From a virus (Duplodnaviria; Caudoviricetes), in the IMG/VR virus record IMGVR_UViG_3300033073_001153, positions 64,001 to 128,000 of that record: 64,000 bases of DNA; one strand, written 5' to 3'. This document shows positions 57,166-64,000 of this stretch, one piece after another. Under the pieces are notes generated by a model that ran no database searches, had not been told where the DNA came from, and worked only from the letters and a program-made list of their open reading frames with translations. The position numbers and the translations under genes are program-made. Positions within the stretch are counted from its first letter, which is position 1, and every line of letters starts with the position of its first letter.

Positions 57166-57771
57166 TCACCACATTGTTTGATAACCAGTTTCGTTATCTT
57201 GGATATACCAAGCAGCATCTTTTCCAGTAGTTGATACTTCTCCAGTACATTCTAGATCTACTTCATTATATCGAACTCCTGTAATAATTTGAATACATTC
57301 GTCAACATCTTCAAATAGAATTGAGAGCTTTGATTGATCGAATTCTTCTCCTTCTTTTAGATTTAAAATATATTCAGCTTGAAATCCTTTGGAATATTCT
57401 TGTCCTACTATGATGTAACGAGAATCGAAATCTTTGAATATAATATCTTGTTCACATTCAGTATTCCATTTATCACCAACTTTATAATCCATTTCTGTTG
57501 AATAAATTTCGTTTTCATTTTCATCAACAATTCGCATGGTGGTGTTTCTGTTGAAATAAGGTCCAAAATTATGATAGAACTTATCGTTTTCGTATTTTGT
57601 TTCTTGTGTTAAACCTTCGTGGATATCTTCGGAGAGTTCATCTTCCATGTTACCACACATGTGATCCGTAACATCAATTCCATTTTCATCAAAATGCTTA
57701 AACATTTTTTCTGTACATTCTCCAACAATAATCTCAGCACCCCAACCGTGGAATTCAATTTTATATTTCAT
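57166..57771 (-). CDS. Acidic hypothetical protein
   Basis: 201-aa ORF. Confidence 0.7.
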   Translation of the reverse strand: MKYKIEFHGWGAEIIVGECTEKMFKHFDENGIDVTDHMCGNMEDELSEDIHEGLTQETKYENDKFYHNFGPYFNRNTTMRIVDENENEIYSTEMDYKVGDKWNTECEQDIIFKDFDSRYIIVGQEYSKGFQAEYILNLKEGEEFDQSKLSILFEDVDECIQIITGVRYNEVDLECTGEVSTTGKDAAWYIQDNETGYQTMW

Positions 57772-57772
57772 T

Positions 57773-58135
57773 TTAATTTTTAATCTTTTCTAACATTTCT
57801 GCTTTCTTTTTCAAGAAAGTTTTTCGGATTGCCTGACAAATACTATCTGTTAAGTAAAAACGATAAGTGTTATTTACATTACCAGAAATAAAATTATCAA
57901 TAATATCTCTTAATTCTATTTCTAGAGTATCTTTGGTTTCTTCCACAGCAGTTTCTAATCCAATAAAATCAGGATCAGGAGAAGCCGCTATCCATCTAAT
58001 ACCTCTACTGTATTTGTTATTGTAAACAAAATAATTACCATATCCAATATGGTCTCTGTCGTAGATTTTACCTATTGGTTTATACTTGCCATCTACTCTC
58101 ATGTAAATGGTTTCGTCTGGATATTTCCTAGGCAT
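57773..58135 (-). CDS. Hypothetical protein
   Basis: Operon-like run. Confidence 0.6.
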   Translation of the reverse strand: MPRKYPDETIYMRVDGKYKPIGKIYDRDHIGYGNYFVYNNKYSRGIRWIAASPDPDFIGLETAVEETKDTLEIELRDIIDNFISGNVNNTYRFYLTDSICQAIRKTFLKKKAEMLEKIKN

Positions 58136-58137
58136 GA

Positions 58138-58452
58138 TTATTTTTTCAAAATCTCAACCAATAATATGTTTTGAATATCCCTACCAAGATTTTCGACATC
58201 ATTTAAAATGAATAGTTTAGAGGATTCTGTATAACTATTGTCTTTACAAATAATTAAATTAAGTACAAACCCCCCATTTTCTGATTTGAATAATTCCATT
58301 TTAAATGTAGGAAATATTTTAGAATTGAATGGAGAAATCGTGCTAGAACCATTTGTGGATATAGTGGTAATAGTTCCACTAGAATTCAAGGAATTTAATG
58401 CACTTTGTAATAGAGGAGATGTGTTTGACGATGCGTTAATATTGAAGGACAT
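58138..58452 (-). CDS. Hypothetical protein
   Basis: SENGGFVL..LGRDIQNI. Confidence 0.6.
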   Translation of the reverse strand: MSFNINASSNTSPLLQSALNSLNSSGTITTISTNGSSTISPFNSKIFPTFKMELFKSENGGFVLNLIICKDNSYTESSKLFILNDVENLGRDIQNILLVEILKK

Positions 58453-58454
58453 AA

Positions 58455-58898
58455 TTACTTGTACTGTATAAATCCACGTTTGTCAACTACATAATTATTC
58501 GGATATTTATTTTTTAGATCCTCATCTAAGATTGCCCACGAAGGAGTATTTTTAGGATCGAAATAAACAAATATATAAGCCCAATGGTTTACTATCTCAT
58601 AACTCTTTAAGTACTTTTTAAAAGTATCCCGCATTTGTTGGGAATGTAATTTATCTACAATAGTTGGAGTTAAGTAAGTAGTTTTAGAAAAACATAATCT
58701 TTTTGTGAAAGAAAGTGTGTCTTCGTTATCAGTCAAAGGTGGATCACACTTTTCTACGGTGCAATATACTCTTCCTTTATTGAATCCGGCTAATAACCAA
58801 AGCCTCGTACCTAAACCTGCACGAAGTGGAACTTTACCAGTTTTAAGAGCATGTAAAAATTGTTTCTTTTTATAAATTTCTTCAAATTCAGATTCCAT
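58455..58898 (-). CDS. Hypothetical protein
   Basis: Start MESEF at 58898 overlaps the upstream KYGI stop. Confidence 0.6.
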   Translation of the reverse strand: MESEFEEIYKKKQFLHALKTGKVPLRAGLGTRLWLLAGFNKGRVYCTVEKCDPPLTDNEDTLSFTKRLCFSKTTYLTPTIVDKLHSQQMRDTFKKYLKSYEIVNHWAYIFVYFDPKNTPSWAILDEDLKNKYPNNYVVDKRGFIQYK

Positions 58899-59085
58899 AT
58901 TTGATCCTAGCCAAAAAGAATTTTTGTTTATCCACGATATCCAAAATCCAGACTTCTCCTTTCCAAGTGTTATTTTCAGAAAAGCGCAAACCAAGTTGAT
59001 ACCAATTTCTAATTCCTTGAGAAAACATATGTCGAACGGTTTCGTCGTCAATTTCAACAATATTACAATCGTTTTGATTCACCAT
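58888..59085 (-). CDS. KIKYGI-family protein
   Basis: Ends IVDKQKFFLARIKYGI. Confidence 0.7.
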   Translation of the reverse strand: MVNQNDCNIVEIDDETVRHMFSQGIRNWYQLGLRFSENNTWKGEVWILDIVDKQKFFLARIKYGI

Positions 59086-59232
59086 ATGAAATAAACGTAA
59101 ATCATTTCACAGATGAAAATGAGTAGCAACGGTTTCATTGTTTTCTGCATTACAAAAATAAGAAATTCCGCGATATACTCAACTAACCACCAAATAAAAT
59201 GCTTTAAAATAACTGTTAAATTTTTAAAAAAT

Positions 59233-59454
59233 CTAGATACCATATTTGATTTTTGCTAACATCATTTTCTTTTCGTCCACAATTTCGTAAAGACTTGCAG
59301 ATCTATAAATATCTTTTAATCCGAAATTGTTTAAAATCGTTTCGTTTCTATTTTCTATTGGAATATCATGAAACGTAATAAGACCTACCGCAGCATATTT
59401 CTTACCGTTTGCTTCTATGATTAGAATTTCTTGTGAAGAAGGATCGCCATTCAT
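59233..59454 (-). CDS. KIKYGI-family protein
   Basis: Ends IVDEKKMMLAKIKYGI; start ATG 59454. Confidence 0.7.
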   Translation of the reverse strand: MNGDPSSQEILIIEANGKKYAAVGLITFHDIPIENRNETILNNFGLKDIYRSASLYEIVDEKKMMLAKIKYGI

Positions 59455-59496
59455 TTCTAAAATGTAGATCCTTCTCAGAAAAAACACAAGAACTTT

Positions 59497-60450
59497 TTAG
59501 CGTAGGAGAACAAAAATTAGTGCAACTATTACGAACCCAATAATGAAGAGTAAATTTTCGTTTTTCCAAAATGGAGGCAACGGTTCTATTGGTTCTAGTG
59601 GTTTGTTTGGTTTCGGTTCCTCTGGTTTTGGTGGTTCTGGTTTTGGTGGTTCGGGAGGACGTTCGTCTTCAGAAGTACGAATAGTCCAGAAATCAAAACA
59701 ATAATTAGGAGTTAACATTGAGTTAAGAGGAATATGTACATATCCTTCACAAGCAAAATATTTACCCCATGAATTTCTAACTAATATAACATAATCATTT
59801 AGTTCTTTTTCAAAATAATAACCAACTGCCAACATACAGTGCCCACCAAGATACTTTTCTTTTGTTACCATTGGGTGCGGATATATTTCATAAAACATTA
59901 CTTGTTTATAATGTTTAATGAAAGAATCATAAATCTTCATCCCAAAAGTGAACGGATATCCGTCAGATAAACATCCTAGTAATTCTTCTTTTGTTTGTTC
60001 TAAACGAAAATAAGAAAGCGATTGATGCTTTTCGGCATCAACCCAAGCTTCTTTAGGAGGTTCGTCTTTAAATTTAGCTATATCATAAGGCCAAATTTCA
60101 TCTTTTGTTACTCCGTATTCAACAGTAGCTTTTAGTGCTTCTCTAGCAGTTGCACCAGAATCTTCGTCAATTGATCCACGTAATTTTCTAGTGGCATAAT
60201 AAGTAAACAATTGCGAAGTAGGCCACGATGTAAGTTTTGTTTTAAACCTTACGTATCTAACCAAATCATTAGTTGCGAATGATGTACAAGCTCCTAATGT
60301 TCCTTGATTATGAACATCTCCAAACCACCATCCTGTTTTTGCATCTTCTCTAAGATCTACCGATTCTTTAAATACAGGTTCTTCTACTGTTTTTAAACGA
60401 TAGTCGCGTTCGTCATGTGTATCTGGTTCACATCCAAATGAATAGTTCAT
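59497..60450 (-). CDS. Papain-like C1 cysteine peptidase with Pro-rich linker and C-terminal TM anchor
   Basis: QGTLGACTSFA, GGHCMLAVGY, RNSWG. Confidence 0.9.
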   Translation of the reverse strand: MNYSFGCEPDTHDERDYRLKTVEEPVFKESVDLREDAKTGWWFGDVHNQGTLGACTSFATNDLVRYVRFKTKLTSWPTSQLFTYYATRKLRGSIDEDSGATAREALKATVEYGVTKDEIWPYDIAKFKDEPPKEAWVDAEKHQSLSYFRLEQTKEELLGCLSDGYPFTFGMKIYDSFIKHYKQVMFYEIYPHPMVTKEKYLGGHCMLAVGYYFEKELNDYVILVRNSWGKYFACEGYVHIPLNSMLTPNYCFDFWTIRTSEDERPPEPPKPEPPKPEEPKPNKPLEPIEPLPPFWKNENLLFIIGFVIVALIFVLLR

Positions 60451-60469
60451 ATTATTATTTAACTTTTTT

Positions 60470-61348
60470 CTAGTAAAAACACATGAGCTTCAACACTGCA
60501 AGATCTTTTTGTTTTGCTTCGATCTCAATATCTACATCTACTGCACAATGTGGAATGTTATTGATATAATCGGCATGAGCACGATCTAAACTGTGTGCTT
60601 TACCTTCACTATGATGAAACAAAGGAACCGTATCTTTCCAAGTACCCACACAAACTTCGTGTGCAGTTTCTTCTAGTTCACCGTCGTTGTTAATCAAACG
60701 ATGATGATAATCTAGTGTAATCGGAATGTTTGGGAAATACTTGTATAGATTCTGATACTTCCAGAATGACTTGTCTTCTGTTTCAAATACCAAACGATTC
60801 ATAACACTACTAGATAGTTTGGGTAGATTACGATCTACTTGTCTGATAGCAATTTCTGGATTGTTACCATTACTAACATGAATATTAATAGGACAAAAGT
60901 GACTACTTGGAATATTTAGCATATCAAACATCTTGGCATGATATTCTAGATTACGAACACCATTAGTATTCACGTCATCTTTGGGAGAAGAAATAATACA
61001 GAACTGATCTGGGTGTGTACTGAGCCGACCACCGTTAGCCAAATACTTTTGAACACTCATTCTTGCTGGAATCCAAAAGACTTCTTTAGAACAAAATAGA
61101 TTCCAGTATTGTTCGAAGTCTGGATGATCTGCCAGAGGAAACATATTCGACGAAATACGATAATGACGAATATTTTTAAGAGTCAAATAACCTAGAACTT
61201 TACAAAGCTCAGAGAGATTATGACGATAAACATCAAAGATTTTGTCTTGTTTGTTAGACAAGTCTTTGGTACGATTTAACTGAAGTGTCTTGAAATCAGA
61301 TTTCTGACCCAACGTGATACAACATACACCCAAACGGTTCTTAAACAT
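60470..61348 (-). CDS. uvsE: UV damage endonuclease UvsE
   Basis: YRISSNMFP, RLSTHPDQF, INIH, ETED, LDYHH, HHSEG..RAHADY, IEAKQKDLA. Confidence 0.9.
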   Translation of the reverse strand: MFKNRLGVCCITLGQKSDFKTLQLNRTKDLSNKQDKIFDVYRHNLSELCKVLGYLTLKNIRHYRISSNMFPLADHPDFEQYWNLFCSKEVFWIPARMSVQKYLANGGRLSTHPDQFCIISSPKDDVNTNGVRNLEYHAKMFDMLNIPSSHFCPINIHVSNGNNPEIAIRQVDRNLPKLSSSVMNRLVFETEDKSFWKYQNLYKYFPNIPITLDYHHRLINNDGELEETAHEVCVGTWKDTVPLFHHSEGKAHSLDRAHADYINNIPHCAVDVDIEIEAKQKDLAVLKLMCFY

Positions 61349-61354
61349 GGGTGT

Positions 61355-61382
61355 AGTCTAGAGAAGAAAAACAAGATGTCAA
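61355..61382 (-). promoter_or_regulatory. Sigma70-type promoter of uvsE
   Basis: TTGACA-N16-TAGACT, ATG 6 nt downstream. Confidence 0.65.
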
Positions 61383-62615
61383 CTATTCTTCTACAAAAAA
61401 ATCGGTAGATTCTCCCAAACGAAACCTATCACTGGGAGCTAAAATTACATTTAGCACGCTTTTTATTTTTTCGTTTACGGCTCGGTTTCCATATGCAACA
61501 TACAATCCTAATGCTTCGCAAAAAGCTTCTTCTGCGTTTTTATTAGCATAACCAGTAATAGGAGTATTTGGTACTACAACTTTTCCTTTTATTTGATTGT
61601 TTTTATATGCGTCTACTAAAGATTGTAAATCATAAATGCCATAATGACTAGTAGCATAATTATGAAATAATGCTTCGGCTTGTAGATATAAAATAGGATT
61701 TTCTGTTTTCATTCGTGTTTCGAAATCACGAGATTTTTCATTTTCTCCCATCATATTCACTATTTCTTCTACATCTATTTCAATTTTATCACTAATAATA
61801 AATTCGTACCAAAAGTTTCTACTTTCTTCTGATAAAGATTTGTATATATGATGACCCATTTCATGAGCCAATACTCTTATAAAAGCTTCTTCTTTATTTT
61901 CTTTTGAAGCCCATGCTGTTAATATAATTTTATTATATTCATATAATCCAGCAGAATTAGAATTATCATAAGTATCAAATTCCATATGAATTTCTACCGG
62001 AAGTCCATATCTTAACATTAAAGGAGCTACTTTTCTTGCTCTTTCTACATAAGAATTGATATAATACTTTAATCTTGGTAATCTAGATTTATTTTTATCA
62101 TTCAAACCTATAAAAATAAAAGGAATTCCGTCTACTTTAAAAGTGTGTTTTTCTAAATTTAATTTTAAATCTAAATTTGGATTATTTTCTAAAAATCTTT
62201 TAAATTCAGTCCAAGTTAAATTAGCTTTTTTATTAGCTAATCTTTTTAGATTAATAAGTTTTTTTAAATTATGTTCGTCTCGTCTTTTACTGTATTCTTC
62301 TAATTCATATTTTATATCTCTTAAATGACTTAGTAATTCCCAAAGTGGTTGTCTTACATATGCAGTATGAATTTTTTTATTTTCTCCCCATTTATACATC
62401 AATGTACTAATATCATCATAATAATTGATTACTTTTAAAAAAGGATCTTTTAATTTAGTAGCATTTTCAGGAGTTAATTTAGTTCCTATATTTTTAATTA
62501 TAATATCGTAATCATTTTTTAACTTATCAATAAATTCAATATTTATATCAGTATCTGATTCTTCTAAAAGAATTTTAGATACGTAAGATTCCCAAATCAA
62601 ATCAACATCATTCAT
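61383..62615 (-). CDS. MNDVDLIWE-leader zinc metallopeptidase
   Basis: AGLY..LAHEMGHHIY..YANKNAEEAFCEA. Confidence 0.7.
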   Translation of the reverse strand: MNDVDLIWESYVSKILLEESDTDINIEFIDKLKNDYDIIIKNIGTKLTPENATKLKDPFLKVINYYDDISTLMYKWGENKKIHTAYVRQPLWELLSHLRDIKYELEEYSKRRDEHNLKKLINLKRLANKKANLTWTEFKRFLENNPNLDLKLNLEKHTFKVDGIPFIFIGLNDKNKSRLPRLKYYINSYVERARKVAPLMLRYGLPVEIHMEFDTYDNSNSAGLYEYNKIILTAWASKENKEEAFIRVLAHEMGHHIYKSLSEESRNFWYEFIISDKIEIDVEEIVNMMGENEKSRDFETRMKTENPILYLQAEALFHNYATSHYGIYDLQSLVDAYKNNQIKGKVVVPNTPITGYANKNAEEAFCEALGLYVAYGNRAVNEKIKSVLNVILAPSDRFRLGESTDFFVEE

Positions 62616-62617
62616 AG

Positions 62618-62803
62618 TTATTTCGCTCCAGATTCTTTTAGATGTTTTTGTACAGCTTTCAATAATGCTTCCACTTTCTTATCATCATCTACTTTCTTCG
62701 TGATGATTCTCTTAAAAGTTTTTTTGAGCTTCTGATCCATTGCTTCGTCACCTTTGTGTTCGGTTAAAACAGATTCAATTAAGTTTAAGAATTTAGAAGC
62801 CAT
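62618..62803 (-). CDS. Small late protein with leader
   Basis: MASKFLNLIESVLTE; TAAATA-N5-ATG. Confidence 0.6.
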   Translation of the reverse strand: MASKFLNLIESVLTEHKGDEAMDQKLKKTFKRIITKKVDDDKKVEALLKAVQKHLKESGAK

Positions 62804-62814
62804 ATAGATATTTA

Positions 62815-63537
62815 TTAACTTTTGATAATTTCCAACATCAATCGTTCTTGCATTTTCTTTTTAACGATTGTGTCTAATCCCATCTTTTCTCTCTGAATTA
62901 ATGGCATGATCTCATTCCTAATGAAATTACGCCTACTTCCTTTCGTAACTTTATTAGTTTCGTCTTCTACTACGAATTTCATCAGATCATTCTTTTCTGC
63001 GTATTCTCTGAAATCCTTTTTCTTTGTGAAGAGAAAAGGATGTACAATCAAATTAGTTCCAACTTCAGTGATAAAAGGAATAGGAAGAAATCCTTCTTTG
63101 CCTCTTAAAACATTTAACATGTAACTTTCAGTCGCATCATCTAAATGATGAGCAGTAATGAAAATCTTACAATCATGATAATTTTTAATCCATTCTAATC
63201 TAGCTCGTCTCAGACCATCTTCGGTATGATTTTTTACTAAATCTTTAAGCCTTCTTGCAGGGTATCCACAAAAACCAATCTCAGGAAGATACATGTATTT
63301 GTCATACATTTCTTCCATTTTATCGTTTTGCTCTCTTAGCCCATGATTAAAGTGTTCCATAGATAATATTAAATTCTTACCAAGTAGTTCCCCTAATGTT
63401 TTAAAATACTTATTATTAAAAAAATGATGAGTAGCAGCGACACTATCTACACCCATTGAACAAAGAATAATAATTTCATTATACTTCGGCATCTTATTAA
63501 ATGCCAACTCCATAATCTCTTCGGAAAATTTAATCAT
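62815..63537 (-). CDS. tilS: tRNA(Ile)-lysidine synthetase (PP-loop domain)
   Basis: CSMGVDS, HFNHGLR, TAHHLDD..ES, HPFL, EDETN..RNFIR. Confidence 0.88.
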   Translation of the reverse strand: MIKFSEEIMELAFNKMPKYNEIIILCSMGVDSVAATHHFFNNKYFKTLGELLGKNLILSMEHFNHGLREQNDKMEEMYDKYMYLPEIGFCGYPARRLKDLVKNHTEDGLRRARLEWIKNYHDCKIFITAHHLDDATESYMLNVLRGKEGFLPIPFITEVGTNLIVHPFLFTKKKDFREYAEKNDLMKFVVEDETNKVTKGSRRNFIRNEIMPLIQREKMGLDTIVKKKMQERLMLEIIKS

Positions 63538-63842
63538 TTTGTGTTCACTAAAATTGCAGAAACTACTGATAGAATTATTCCAAACCACTGAAGATTTGAA
63601 ATATTATCGCCCATACACTTCAATCCCAACTGATATCCTATTGAAGTAGACACAGTAATTAGTACTGACTGCTGTGTCAAGGATAAAGTAGAAAGTTTCA
63701 ACATAAAATATCCACCAGTCATCATCAGCAAACTACCAAATAATGTAAACCATGTAGGCAAATTTCCACGCTGGATGTGAACATTCACAAAAGCTAATCC
63801 AAAACAAACGAAGAAATAATAGAAATAAAAGAATAAATTCAC
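63534..63842 (-). CDS. Small 4-TM membrane protein (SMR/DMT-like)
   Basis: Four hydrophobic helices, QWFGIIL. Confidence 0.5.
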   Translation of the reverse strand: MNLFFYFYYFFVCFGLAFVNVHIQRGNLPTWFTLFGSLLMMTGGYFMLKLSTLSLTQQSVLITVSTSIGYQLGLKCMGDNISNLQWFGIILSVVSAILVNTK

Positions 63843-64000
63843 TAGAAATAAAATCTAAATCGTTTTTCAATTGCACCTGTTAAATCTGTTTGTTTCCAGT
63901 AATCTTCTTTATTTTCTAATTCATAAGGAATCTCCGTTCCTTTTGAAATTACTGTTACTTTTTTCCCATTTTTCAAAAAATCTTTTGCCAAATTTTGATA

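Larger units (their letters stand above)
2146..62814. promoter_or_regulatory. T4-late-type TAAATA boxes at fixed spacing before start codons
   Basis: 22 genes with TAAATA-N5-start and 4 with N6. Confidence 0.8.

Noticed and set aside
1-64000. Stop-codon reassignment as in some jumbo phages
   Set aside because: Conserved genes (nrdA, nrdB, thyX, helicase, uvsE, DUF1501) are full length in code 11, and TAA, TAG and TGA all end genes.
1-64000. Diversity-generating retroelement, retron or integrase
   Set aside because: No reverse transcriptase or recombinase motifs and no adenine-specific TR/VR pair were seen.

Overview
A 64-kb segment of a large T4-like (myovirus, probably jumbo) phage genome. 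The left end has the C-terminus of the gp23-type major capsid protein, homing endonucleases and a split gp5-like baseplate hub/spike. Next come nucleotide-metabolism genes (thyX with an HNH-bearing intein, nrdA, nrdB), a ClpP-like protease and a DUF1501 gene typical of Planctomycetota/Verrucomicrobiota, which points to a PVC host. From about 25.7 kb to 55 kb lies a minus-strand region of small early-type genes, GC-rich at 25.7-33.5 kb. The right end has a C1 peptidase, uvsE, a zinc peptidase and tilS. Main observations: (1) about 25 copies of a sigma-28/FliA-type promoter (CTAAAG-N14/15-GCCGAT) in front of the small early-type genes; (2) at least 22 T4-late-type TAAATA boxes exactly 5 nt before a start codon, implying leaderless mRNAs; (3) about 17 otherwise unrelated proteins share Glu-ending N-terminal leaders (MNDxxLIWExY, MKFDxLxxxLLE or MKxFxxF) resembling T4 capsid-targeting sequences, suggesting a packaged effector set; (4) two parS-like palindromes in twin non-coding blocks; (5) a mini DUF1549/DUF1553-like partner for DUF1501; (6) a family of about 10 paralogues ending in ...LAKIKYGI. 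All assignments come from motif recognition by eye; no database search was run.
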